A stretch of 64,000 bases of DNA. It comes from an uncultured cyanobacterium (GTDB taxonomy: Bacteria; Cyanobacteriota; Cyanobacteriia; Cyanobacteriales; Cyanobacteriaceae). Where the stretch lies: positions 480,001-544,000 of the forward strand of contig CAVQBA010000006.1 in the NCBI GenBank assembly GCA_963710605.1, written 5' to 3'. The notes beneath the pieces were generated by a model that did not search any database, had not been told where the DNA came from, and saw nothing but the letters and a program-made list of their open reading frames with translations. Positions 10,612-20,711 of this stretch are shown one piece after another (the first letter of the stretch is position 1; the number at the start of each line of letters is the position of its first letter). The position numbers were made by a program, and so were the translations under genes.

Positions 10612-12558
10612 ATGACTCAAACCACAAGACGTAATTTTTTACAATTTACAGGGGGAATAGCTAGTACTTTACTACTCAATCAGATTCTTCCCGCTCAAGC
10701 AAAAAATCAATTACTCAATAAAAATTATCTTGAAGGAGATGTCATTGATTTAAAAGTTGAAAAAATGAAGATCATGATCGACGATCGTCAAGGAAAAGCA
10801 ATAGTTCTTAATGAAAGTTTACCTGCTCCCACACTTCGTTTCCAACAAGGGCAAACAGCAATTATTAATGTTACCAATAATCTTCAAGAAGATACTTCAA
10901 TTCATTGGCATGGTTTAATTTTACCCAGCAATATGGATGGAGTGCCAGGAGTTAGTTTTAGAGGTATCAAACCAGGAGAAACCTTTACTTATAAGTTTGA
11001 TCTTAATCAAAGTGGTACGTATTGGTATCACAGTCATAGTAATATGCAAGAGCCATTGGGAATGTATGGTGCAATCATTATTGAGCCGATTCAACCTGAG
11101 TCTTTCCAATACGATCGAGACTACACAATTATTTTATCAGAATGGAGTTTTGAACATCCCCATCAAATTCTCAGTAATCTTAAAAAAAGTCCTACCTACT
11201 ACAACTATCAAAGACGAACAGTTGCTAACTTAGCCGAAGATTGGGATTGGAAACAAATGCGGATGGATTTAGCTGATATAGCCGATGTCACAGGGGCAAC
11301 TTACAGCTATTTGATTAACGGTAAAACCAGCGACAAAAATTGAACCGGTATTTTCCAACCTGGTGAAAAAATTCGTTTAAGATTCATTAACGCTTCAGCG
11401 ATGACGTTTTTTGATTTACGTATTCCCGGCTTAAAAATGACTGTCGTACAAGCAGACGGACAAAATATTCAACCTGTATCGGTGGATGAATTTAGGATTG
11501 GGGTAGCAGAAACCTATGATGTAATCGTCGAACCAACTACCGAAGAAGCTTATACTATCTTTGCCGAAACAATGGATAGAAGTGGTTATGCTCGTGGTAC
11601 ATTAGCAGTAAAAGAAGGATTACAAGCGGCAATTCCCCCCCGTAGAGAACGCCCTTTACGTACTATGGCAGATATGGGAATGGATCACGATAATCATGGT
11701 GAGCATAATAACCATACCAAATCTTCAGACAAAAATAATCAAAATAAAGATAATATGTCGGAGATGAATCATGAAAATCATGATGGGCATAACATGGAGA
11801 AGATGAACCAGAATAATTCTCATGATGGACATAATATGGAGAAGATGAACCAGAATAATTCTCATGATGGGCATAATATGGAGAAGATGAACCAGAATAA
11901 TTCTCATGATGGGCATAACATGGAGAAGATGAACCAGAATAATTCTCATGATGGACATAATATGGAGAATATGAACCAGAATAATTCTCATGATGGACAT
12001 AATATGTCTAATGTCAAAGATAAATTAGACTTTAGTTGGCAACCTCATGGAGATATTGATCATGGTTTAGGTAATGCTACTAATCCCATGATGGTCAAAA
12101 ATCGTCTGAATGAACCGGGAATTGGTTTAGAATCTGCTCCTCATCGTGTGTTAGTTTATACTGATTTAAAAGGTGTGAATAAGGTAAATAGACGCAAAAT
12201 CGATCGAGAGATTGAACTACATTTAACAGGTAATATGGAACGTTATATGTGGTCATTTGATGGTAAAAAATACTCTCAAGAAAAAGAAATTAAGTTTTAT
12301 TATGGAGAGCGATTAAGACTTACTTTTGTCAATGATACAATGATGGAACATCCAATTCATTTACATGGAATGTGGATGGAATTAGTCAATGGTAATGGTG
12401 ACTATCAACCTCGTAAACATACCATTATTGTTAAACCAGCCGAAAAACTTTCCACCGAAATTGACGTAGATGCCAAAGGTAAATGGGCTTTTCATTGTCA
12501 TTTAATGTATCACATGGATACTGGTATGTATCGCACCATTAATGTAGTTAATAGCTAA
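10612..12558 (+). pseudogene. copA: CopA-family multicopper oxidase with Tat signal, interrupted by in-frame TGA at 11341
   Basis: TRRNFL, HWHG, WYHSH, HPIHLHG, HCHLMYH. Same frame reads N*TGIFQPGEKIRLRFINASAMTFFD where the family has NWTG. Confidence 0.9.
11779..12006 (+). repeat. 42-bp tandem repeat, 5 full units plus a partial one, encoding HDGHNMEKMNQNNS
   Basis: Units start at 11779, 11821, 11863, 11905, 11947, 11989. Confidence 0.95.
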
Positions 12559-12631
12559 TTTAATTAGCGGTTATCTTTTTTCGTCCGAGTATTTTTTGCC
12601 TTAACTAATTTTGCCTTAACTAATTTTTTTC

Positions 12632-13555
12632 ATGTCTATTTTTAATCGTTTAATTAAAATTTCTACTACTAGTTTTTTATTATTATCTAGTGTGATTATT
12701 AGTAATAATGTTAGCCAAGCTGAAGAAGTTGATTCTAATTATTATCAAAAATCGATCGATATTCACTCTTTTGAGTTAGAGAATCAAAACCAAAATAAAA
12801 ATCAATTTTTAGAAAGTTTTACCCTTGAGCAATCCAATCAAACAATAAATGATTTAATATTTTCTCGATCGGAAATTGAATTAGAAGAAGATTTTGGTGA
12901 GCCTATTCATGATAGTCAAATTTTTTATTATTTATTATTTGAGCAATTAGAATATCAAGTTAATGACAACGAAAATATTTTCAATTGGGATATTACAGGT
13001 TGGGTAGGAGGAGATTATCAAAAACTTTGGCTCAAAAGCGAAGGTGATGTCAGTCTTGATGATGGTAATGGAGAAGCAGAATTACAGCTATTATATGGTA
13101 AACAAATTACTCCTTTTTTCGATTTACAAACTGGATTAAGATATGATCAATTATATGGTGATGAGGGGAATGCTAGAGGTTTTGCTGTTATCGGTGTACA
13201 AGGATTAGCACCCTATTTTTTAGAAATAGATACTTCATTGTTTGTTAGTCATCAAGGTGATATTTCGGCTCGTTTTGAAGTGGAATCTGAATTTTTATTA
13301 TCACAAAAAGCGGTTTTACAACCTTCTCTTGAGACTAATTTTGCGATTCAAGAAGTAGAAAAATTTGGTGTTGGTAGTGGTTTTAATGATTTAGAATTAG
13401 GTTTAAGATTACGTTACGAAATTACTAGAGATTTTGCTCCTTATATAGGTATTAGTTGGGAAAAATTATTTGGTAAAACTGCTAAATTTGCCGAAGAAGA
13501 AGGCGAAAGTAGTGATGATTTAAAATTCGTAACGGGGGTGGGATTATTGTTTTAA
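12632..13555 (+). CDS. copB: Copper resistance protein B
   Basis: WVGGDYQKLWLKSEG, QGLAPY, ELGLRLRYEI, FAPYIG; directly follows copA. Confidence 0.92.
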   Translation: MSIFNRLIKISTTSFLLLSSVIISNNVSQAEEVDSNYYQKSIDIHSFELENQNQNKNQFLESFTLEQSNQTINDLIFSRSEIELEEDFGEPIHDSQIFYYLLFEQLEYQVNDNENIFNWDITGWVGGDYQKLWLKSEGDVSLDDGNGEAELQLLYGKQITPFFDLQTGLRYDQLYGDEGNARGFAVIGVQGLAPYFLEIDTSLFVSHQGDISARFEVESEFLLSQKAVLQPSLETNFAIQEVEKFGVGSGFNDLELGLRLRYEITRDFAPYIGISWEKLFGKTAKFAEEEGESSDDLKFVTGVGLLF

Positions 13556-13833
13556 TTACTATTAAATATAGTAAATTGTCAAGTTATTATATTTATTTAA
13601 GCGTAAAAAATAGATAATTACAGTTTTATCAAAAAACTACTTAATTAATAACGTTACGTCTAACTAATGAATAAAAAAGATGAAACTTTACAGAACATAA
13701 TTATGAAATAAAAATTAAATAAAAATATATTAATAGACATTAATATATTTTTCAAAACAGATTAATAAACTATTTTTTGCGATTAATATTTAAGTTATAA
13801 AAAGTAGAATAACCGACTATAAAGCTAAATAAA

Positions 13834-14637
13834 ATGAAACAAACAGCGATCGAACAGGCAAAGAATACAACAGTAAAATTATACAGAATGTCAACTCCAG
13901 AAAATGAATGTCCTTGGGGTATTAAAGCAGTTAATTTATTTGCAGAAAAAGGAATCGAATTTGAAGATTATAAATTAAAATCACCAGCAGAAATTGAAGA
14001 TTTTAAACAAAAACACGGGGTAAAAACTACACCACAAATATTTTTTGGTGATGAAAGAATTGGTGGCTATACAGATTTAGCAGACAAGTTTGGCGTAGAA
14101 GTAGAAGAAGCTGAATATTCTTATACTCCTGTTATTGCCGTTTTTTCCTCCGCCGGTTTGATGGCATTAGCCACTAGTCTGGGGTTAACAGGATTTATGG
14201 GTTTTTCGCTTTCGGTGTTAGCAACCTTAAAACTGATGGATATTGAATCATTTGCTGAAAGTTTTACTAAATATGATTTAATTACTCAAAAAGTTAGACC
14301 ATATGCTAAAGTATATCCTTTTGTAGAAAGTGCGATCGCTTTAGGTTTGCTTTCTGGTATTGCCCCATTAGCTACAGGTATCACCTCTTTATTTGTTGGT
14401 GTTACTGGTGGTATTTCAGTTTTAAAAGCAGTTTATGTCGATAAATTAGCCCTTAATTGTGCTTGTGTCGGCGGAAATACTAAAACACCTTTAGGTATCA
14501 TTAGTTTTAGCGAAAATGCAATTATGGCGGTGATGGGTGCAGTACTTATTTTCAATACTGTTACTTCCGAAAGTGAATCAGCCAAACTCAAAGAAATTGA
14601 ACCAACTACAATTGTTAAAATACAAGAATCAAAATAA
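13834..14637 (+). CDS. Glutaredoxin-MauE/DoxX redox membrane protein
   Basis: CPWG, TTPQIF, IGGY; C-terminal TM domain with CACVGG and SEN. Confidence 0.85.
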   Translation: MKQTAIEQAKNTTVKLYRMSTPENECPWGIKAVNLFAEKGIEFEDYKLKSPAEIEDFKQKHGVKTTPQIFFGDERIGGYTDLADKFGVEVEEAEYSYTPVIAVFSSAGLMALATSLGLTGFMGFSLSVLATLKLMDIESFAESFTKYDLITQKVRPYAKVYPFVESAIALGLLSGIAPLATGITSLFVGVTGGISVLKAVYVDKLALNCACVGGNTKTPLGIISFSENAIMAVMGAVLIFNTVTSESESAKLKEIEPTTIVKIQESK

Positions 14638-14742
14638 ACCAACCATCAAAAATATAGCCTTTATGCCCATAATAGCTTAATAGCTCGTAGTAAAAACATT
14701 AGCCGTTGCAGGATACCTATCTTCTTATAATTAAAAGACTAA

Positions 14743-14759
14743 TTTCATTCAAATTGCCT
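14743..14759 (+). promoter_or_regulatory. Degenerate CopR-type box
   Basis: TTTCAT-TCAAA-TTGCCT with CACTCT 10 nt downstream, same spacing as the other two boxes. Confidence 0.35.
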
Positions 14760-14811
14760 ATTTTTTTGTCACTCTAAAATAATAAATATTGAATCTTTTT
14801 TGGAATTACTT

Positions 14812-15378
14812 ATGTTTAAATTTAATCGAAACAGTCTGATTAGTGCGACAGCGTTTATTGTTGCTATTATTATCGGATTTTGCTTGAGTACGAATAATTC
14901 GGTGGTGGCTCAAACTCTCTATAATCAAGAAAATAATCAGACTTTACCTTTAGCCTCAGTCTGGGATAAACCGTCAACAACTTCTTATAATGGAAACACA
15001 AAAATGACAGTTTATCGTAGCCCAAATTGTGGCTGTTGTGGTGGTTGGATTACTCATTTAAAAAAACATGGTTTTGAAATTACCGACATCAAAACAGAAG
15101 ATATGGAAACTGTTAAACAAAACAATAACCTTCCTGAAGAATTAGCTTCTTGTCATACTGCCGTTATTGATGGTTACGTTTTTGAAGGGCATATTCCCGC
15201 TGATGATATTAAACGTTTTTTAACCCAGAAACCTGAAAATCTCAACGGTTTAACAGTACCTGCAATGCCAATTGGCACACCGGGAATGGAATCTGATGAG
15301 ACGAAGCAACCTTTTGCTGTAGTAGCTTTTGATAATCAGGGTAAAACTGAAGTATTTAATAGCTATGAAAAGTATTAA
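14812..15378 (+). CDS. DUF411 / CopG-like periplasmic metal-binding protein
   Basis: SPNCGCCGGW, SCHTA, EGHIPA, MPIGTPGME. Confidence 0.9.
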   Translation: MFKFNRNSLISATAFIVAIIIGFCLSTNNSVVAQTLYNQENNQTLPLASVWDKPSTTSYNGNTKMTVYRSPNCGCCGGWITHLKKHGFEITDIKTEDMETVKQNNNLPEELASCHTAVIDGYVFEGHIPADDIKRFLTQKPENLNGLTVPAMPIGTPGMESDETKQPFAVVAFDNQGKTEVFNSYEKY

Positions 15379-15656
15379 TTATTGAGTTAATTAATATGTT
15401 TTGATATTCTGTTTTATGAAAATTGAAATTAGTTAATTAAAAAGTAAAAAATAATACATTATGTTAATAAATAAAATCGTTAAGAAACAAACTCCTATTC
15501 TCTTAAAATAATGACCGAAAGCCTGTAAATTAACCTCTGCGTCTTCTGCGTCCTCTGCGGTTTAAAACATAGACGATAAAGATTTTAACCAACTCATTTT
15601 TTCGATCGAACTAAACAATCAATTTGAGCAAAAAAACATTTTGGTTTTATAAATAA

Positions 15657-16358
15657 ATGCGAATTTTATTAGTTGAAGACGAACCAGATTTAGGTAAAGC
15701 AATCAAACGCACCCTCAATCAAAATAACTATATTGTCGATTGGGTAGTTGATGGTAATCAAGCATGGAATTATCTAGAAGACTCTTATGTAGAATATAGT
15801 TTGGCTATTTTTGATTGGTTATTGCCTCATTTATCAGGGATTGATTTACTTAAACGTTTAAGAAAACAAAACAATCCTTTACCTGTATTGATGCTAACGG
15901 CAAAAGATAGTATGGCAGATAAAGTAGTTGGCTTAGATGCAGGTGCAGATGACTATTTAGTCAAGCCTTTTGGGATGGCTGAATTACTAGCGAGGTTGAG
16001 AGCATTACAAAGACGATCGCCTCAATTGCAACCTCAACAACTTACAGTAGGGAATCTGGAGTTAGATTATCGTAATAATAGGGTTAAATGTACCGAAAAA
16101 TCAGGACAAATAAAAATTATTCCTCTCACGAGTAAAGAGTTTCAGTTATTAGAATATTTCATGCGACATCCTAACCAAATTTTAACCAGAGATCAACTTT
16201 TAGAGCGATTATGGGAATTAGGTACAGAAACTATCAGTAATGTAGTCGCCGCTCAAATGCGATTGTTACGCAAAAAATTATCAGAATATGGTTGTGAGCA
16301 TCTGATTGAAACTATATATGGTTTAGGTTATCGTTTATTGGTTAATGAAACAAAATAA
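15657..16358 (+). CDS. OmpR-family response regulator, CopR/RppA type
   Basis: LVEDE, DWLLP, GADDYLVKPF, SNVVAAQMRLLRKKL. Confidence 0.92.
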   Translation: MRILLVEDEPDLGKAIKRTLNQNNYIVDWVVDGNQAWNYLEDSYVEYSLAIFDWLLPHLSGIDLLKRLRKQNNPLPVLMLTAKDSMADKVVGLDAGADDYLVKPFGMAELLARLRALQRRSPQLQPQQLTVGNLELDYRNNRVKCTEKSGQIKIIPLTSKEFQLLEYFMRHPNQILTRDQLLERLWELGTETISNVVAAQMRLLRKKLSEYGCEHLIETIYGLGYRLLVNETK

Positions 16359-17691
16359 ATTATTTAATCAGACAAGGTGGCGATTAGCTAAATGGTATGC
16401 AGTTATTTTTAGTTTGATTTTGGGTATATCTGCTTTAGCTGTTTATGAAGCGATTGCTCATGCTCATAAAATAACTCTTAATCAAGAATTAGAAACTGTT
16501 GGTGCTACGATTCATGATAGTTTAGAACCAATTTTACTACAACCAGAAACTCTTAATCATAAAGTAGTTGATATTTTACCTAATCTGTGTTTAATTGCGG
16601 ACAACTGTTTTAATAATCATCATAATCGTAATTTGATTGGTGCGATCGCTAATGGTCAATATTATTTACAATTTTTTGATTTATCGCAAAACTTATTAGC
16701 TGTAGCGGGTATCAAACCAGAAGGATTATCGATCGAATATAGTTCAGAATCATTAAAAACAATTCAAGATAGTCAAGGTATTCGTTATCGTCAAATATCA
16801 CTGGAATTACATACTCAAGACGATCGAATTTGGGGTTATTTACACATCGGTAAAAGTTTACGAGATTTTGATATTTATGTTGCTAATGTTAAATGGGTTT
16901 TGTTACTCACATTACCTGTATTGATTATCGGGATTATGTTTGCGAGTTGGTGGTTAGCAGGATTTGCCATACAACCTATATACCAGTCTTACCAACAAAT
17001 ACAACAGTTTAGTGCCGATGTTGCCCACGAATTAAGAACGCCTCTAGCCGCTATTCAGGCAACAATTGAGTCTTCTATGATGTTATCTACTTTAAGCGAA
17101 AAAGAAGGTAGAGAAGTTTTAGGCACTATTAAACGGCAAAACCAACGTCTTTCTTCTTTAGTTGCTGATTTATTAATGCTTTGTCGGATGGAGAGACAAT
17201 TAGATCAAAATTATCAGTTTTTAAGTAAACCAGTTATTCTTAATGATTTAATTAATGATCTCGCTGAAGAATTTGCCGCTTTAGCCAAAACCGAGAGTAT
17301 TAGTTTGATTTCGCAAATAAAGGTTAATCAGCCATTAAAAGTAATGGGGAATGAAGAACAATTGTATCGTCTGGTAACTAATTTAGTAATTAATGCGATT
17401 CAGCATACTTTAAAAGAAGGTAAAGTAACTTTAGTTTTAAAGCAGGAGAATCACAAAGCTTTAATTGAGATTATTGATACGGGAGTTGGAATTGCTGAGG
17501 ATGAACAAAATAAGATATTCGATCGTTTTTATCGAGTAAATAAAGCACGCTCAAGGGATAAAGGTGGTTCGGGTTTGGGTTTAGCGATTGCGAAAACGAT
17601 CGTTCTCAATCATGGTGGTAAAATCGAAGTTGGCAGTAAATTAAATCAAGGAAGTACTTTTACTATTTACTTACCCACAATTTTAAAATAA
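16345..17691 (+). CDS. Sensor histidine kinase, CopS/RppB type
   Basis: Two TM helices, AHELRTP, NAIQH, GGSGLGL; overlaps the regulator. Confidence 0.92.
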   Translation: MKQNKLFNQTRWRLAKWYAVIFSLILGISALAVYEAIAHAHKITLNQELETVGATIHDSLEPILLQPETLNHKVVDILPNLCLIADNCFNNHHNRNLIGAIANGQYYLQFFDLSQNLLAVAGIKPEGLSIEYSSESLKTIQDSQGIRYRQISLELHTQDDRIWGYLHIGKSLRDFDIYVANVKWVLLLTLPVLIIGIMFASWWLAGFAIQPIYQSYQQIQQFSADVAHELRTPLAAIQATIESSMMLSTLSEKEGREVLGTIKRQNQRLSSLVADLLMLCRMERQLDQNYQFLSKPVILNDLINDLAEEFAALAKTESISLISQIKVNQPLKVMGNEEQLYRLVTNLVINAIQHTLKEGKVTLVLKQENHKALIEIIDTGVGIAEDEQNKIFDRFYRVNKARSRDKGGSGLGLAIAKTIVLNHGGKIEVGSKLNQGSTFTIYLPTILK

Positions 17692-17812
17692 GTCAATTAG
17701 AACAATAACTCTCAATTCTTTCTTCAGATATCCCAAATTCATCATTAATTATCTGAATAGAAAAAAATGGACATCGTTTAAATATTGTCCACTTTCCTCC
17801 AGAAATTGTATT

Positions 17813-19018
17813 TTAATTAGAAGGATTTAGCATAATCAATTGTTTTTTAATTAACGATCGTACTTCGTCTAAACTAAAATCAACCTTAGCTAAAATATCA
17901 TCTACCTTTAATTGTTCATTTTCGTTACCATCACAATGACGCATAAATGTCAACTCTCGATCGTTAATTACCACAGGTTTAAATTGATAATCTAATAAAT
18001 TTTTGCTTTCCCAGCCAAACAAACAAGGATTTAACTCAGGCATAGCTGTTTTAAGTAAATTATCATCCTGCCAATCTTGTTTAACTAAAGGTGGTTTAGC
18101 GAGGAAAAACTCATAATGAGTGATATTTTCAGGATCTAAAACTTCAATTAAACGGTAACGTTGTTTTTCACTTAAATCATTTGCTCTTGCCATCAAATCA
18201 GGATTATCACCAATTAATCTCTCGATTTGCCAAATATCAGGGTTAGAAAAACCAACAAATTCCAACCCAGAATGTTTAATAAAATCAAACAGTGTCTCGA
18301 CATTATAATCTGTTTCGCAGGGATGAACGTACATATCAGCAAAACTTTCGTCTCTTTTGTTTTCCCATTCCCAACGCTCTTTTTCTCGTTTAACTAAACG
18401 ATTATTTTCTGGTAAACAAGCAAATACATCTCTACCTACTTTCACGCCATCAACGTAATCGCCTTGTTTTTCTCCTTGCAAGAGTGCGATCGCATTTTGC
18501 ATTAATTGTATTTCCCATCTACCTAATTCACCATAAACAAAAATGTGCATAATGCCACCCTCTGCCAATTTTTCGGCTAAGGCTTTAATTCCTGCATTAG
18601 GATCAGGTAAGTGATGTAGTACGCCTACACAATTAATTAAATCAAAAGTACCGTCTAATTCCACAGCAGTTTCTAAAGGCATTTGCTTGAAGGTAATACT
18701 CCCCTTAAACTGTTCTAGGATACCTGACTTTTTAATTCTTTTTTGGGCAGTTTCTAAGGCTTTTTCGCTAATATCGATCGCAATTATTTCGGCAGTTGGA
18801 TTATGTAACATCAAATATTCAGTACCCGAACCTGTACCACAACCTGCATCTAAAATACGTAGCTTTTCTGGATTAGGTTTGATACCTGTACAAAAATTAT
18901 ACGCTGACTGATAATGCCAACGCCAATTATAACCACCCGGTGGCTCATCCATTAAAGGATCTGGAGGGAATGGATATGTGTTATAAAGTTTTTGTACCGC
19001 TTCTCTGGTTTTAGGCAT
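17813..19018 (-). CDS. Class I SAM-dependent methyltransferase
   Basis: ILDAGCGTG, CVGVLHHL. Confidence 0.88.
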   Translation of the reverse strand: MPKTREAVQKLYNTYPFPPDPLMDEPPGGYNWRWHYQSAYNFCTGIKPNPEKLRILDAGCGTGSGTEYLMLHNPTAEIIAIDISEKALETAQKRIKKSGILEQFKGSITFKQMPLETAVELDGTFDLINCVGVLHHLPDPNAGIKALAEKLAEGGIMHIFVYGELGRWEIQLMQNAIALLQGEKQGDYVDGVKVGRDVFACLPENNRLVKREKERWEWENKRDESFADMYVHPCETDYNVETLFDFIKHSGLEFVGFSNPDIWQIERLIGDNPDLMARANDLSEKQRYRLIEVLDPENITHYEFFLAKPPLVKQDWQDDNLLKTAMPELNPCLFGWESKNLLDYQFKPVVINDRELTFMRHCDGNENEQLKVDDILAKVDFSLDEVRSLIKKQLIMLNPSN

Positions 19019-19259
19019 TTATTATATATTTTGAGTTTTTTTGAATAATTTAATCATTAATTTTATCTTAGAACGTTCGTACGATCGAATCATTAAATTT
19101 GCTATCCCTGAAAAACTCGCCGAAGAAAAAGAAACTAAATTGGCTGTCCACTATTTAACAAATAAAGACATAGCGGTGTGCTACATCTTTATTAAAACTT
19201 AAAATACTAGCGATCGAACAGTAACGTAATGTTGTTAATTGTTAACTGTCAATTACTAA

Positions 19260-19757
19260 TTATTTACCGACTTTAGAAGCCATATCTTTAAATTTGTTTA
19301 AGCTACCACCGGGGCGACGACGAGCAGAAGCAACATTATTACTAACGTATTTACCAGCAAAGTTATTTTCTGTACCAGAAGAATTACCAATACCATTACC
19401 TGAGCCGTCAGAATAGTTTTTGATTGCTTTTACCCATTCTGGTGGATCATAATTTACAGGAGTCGGTGCTGGTGCTTCTGCTGGTTTAGCTTCTGTTTTG
19501 GTTGCTTTAGCTTTAGAATTATCTTTAGCTTTTGTTTTAGTTGCTTTAGCCTTAGAATTATCTTTAGCTTCTGTTTTGCTTGGTTTTACTTGTGAATCAT
19601 CATTGGTAAGAGTTTCAACTGATGTTGTTGGGGCTACAGGAGTTGGTACTTCGAGGGTTTCCGATTTTGATTCTTCTTTATCATCATCATCGTCGCTAAT
19701 TATTTCTAAAAAGTATTTTGGTAGTTTGTTTTTGTTAAAAAGTTTATCTAAAATCAT
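19260..19757 (-). CDS. Hypothetical low-complexity protein with C-terminal RRPG..F..MA motif
   Basis: 165-aa ORF with a 39-bp tandem repeat at 19485-19578 (KTEAKDNSKAKAT). Confidence 0.75.
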   Translation of the reverse strand: MILDKLFNKNKLPKYFLEIISDDDDDKEESKSETLEVPTPVAPTTSVETLTNDDSQVKPSKTEAKDNSKAKATKTKAKDNSKAKATKTEAKPAEAPAPTPVNYDPPEWVKAIKNYSDGSGNGIGNSSGTENNFAGKYVSNNVASARRRPGGSLNKFKDMASKVGK

Positions 19758-19983
19758 GTTTTCACCTTGGTATGTGTGGAACTATAAATTATTATTAAGA
19801 AATATTGAGACAAATTAATCACGATCGATCGTGTAGTGCCGAGCCTAAAGCTCGATCGTCTATTATCGACATATGATTAATATACCAGAAAATACTTCTG
19901 ATATAGAGTTTATTTGTTTTTTATTCTTTCATTTTTACCTTTAAAAAAATATTAAGTTTTTTGCTCTTCTAACTTAAATAAAG

Positions 19984-20001
19984 GTTACAAAAATTTACAA
20001 A
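19984..20001. promoter_or_regulatory. Perfect HLR1 (RpaB) motif
   Basis: GTTACAAA-AA-TTTACAAA, about 230 bp upstream of the 19757 start. Confidence 0.65.
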
Positions 20002-20060
20002 TAAGATTACTTTTTTCGGATAGACAAATCATGCTTTATCTCTTTGTTATCGATTAATTC

Positions 20061-20705
20061 TCAACTATCAATTACTTTTAGATTAATATATTCAATTATT
20101 TGTTGATGTATTTCTTCGGTAGTTTTAGTTGCGTCGATTATTAATTTAGGATATTCATATTCTTGAATTATTTTTTGAAAATTATCACTAACTTGAATTA
20201 GTTTTTGATGTGTTTCGTAAACTTCTTTAACTGAGCGATTTTTAATTCTGTCTAAGGCAACATCAACGGGTATATCAAAATAAATTAACAAGTCTGGTGG
20301 CGGAAATTGCTGATTTAATAAACTGACAAATTGATATTCTTCTTTATTTTTAGCGTTATAAGCCAAAGAAGAAAAATAGTATCTAGTCGTGATAACGTGA
20401 GTACGATCGTTAATTATTTTTTGGACTCCATCAATTTTATTATAAAGGTGATGATGACGATCGGCGGCAAATAAATAAGCCATTTGCTGATCAAATAGTT
20501 CTTGCGTAGCAAAGTCTTTTTGCTCGCTTAAAAAATCTCTTAATAACTTACCTATCTTACCTGAAGAAGGTTCGGGGCTAAGAACAGCTTGTTGTTTATT
20601 TTCAACAAAATATTGATATAATAATTCAGCTTGAGTTGAAGAGCCAGAACCATCAATACCTTCAAAAACAATAAAATATCCTTTCTTTTTGCTATTTTCA
20701 GTCAT
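20061..20705 (-). CDS. tmk: Thymidylate kinase
   Basis: FEGIDGSGSSTQ, LFAADR, RYYFSSLAY. Confidence 0.9.
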   Translation of the reverse strand: MTENSKKKGYFIVFEGIDGSGSSTQAELLYQYFVENKQQAVLSPEPSSGKIGKLLRDFLSEQKDFATQELFDQQMAYLFAADRHHHLYNKIDGVQKIINDRTHVITTRYYFSSLAYNAKNKEEYQFVSLLNQQFPPPDLLIYFDIPVDVALDRIKNRSVKEVYETHQKLIQVSDNFQKIIQEYEYPKLIIDATKTTEEIHQQIIEYINLKVIDS

Positions 20706-20711
20706 ATTAAA

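Noticed and set aside
11341..11343. TGA as selenocysteine or genetic-code reassignment
   Set aside because: The position corresponds to Trp, not Cys, and TGA ends several intact genes in the window.
11779..12006. 42-bp periodic array as CRISPR
   Set aside because: Head-to-tail units with no spacers, in frame within copA.
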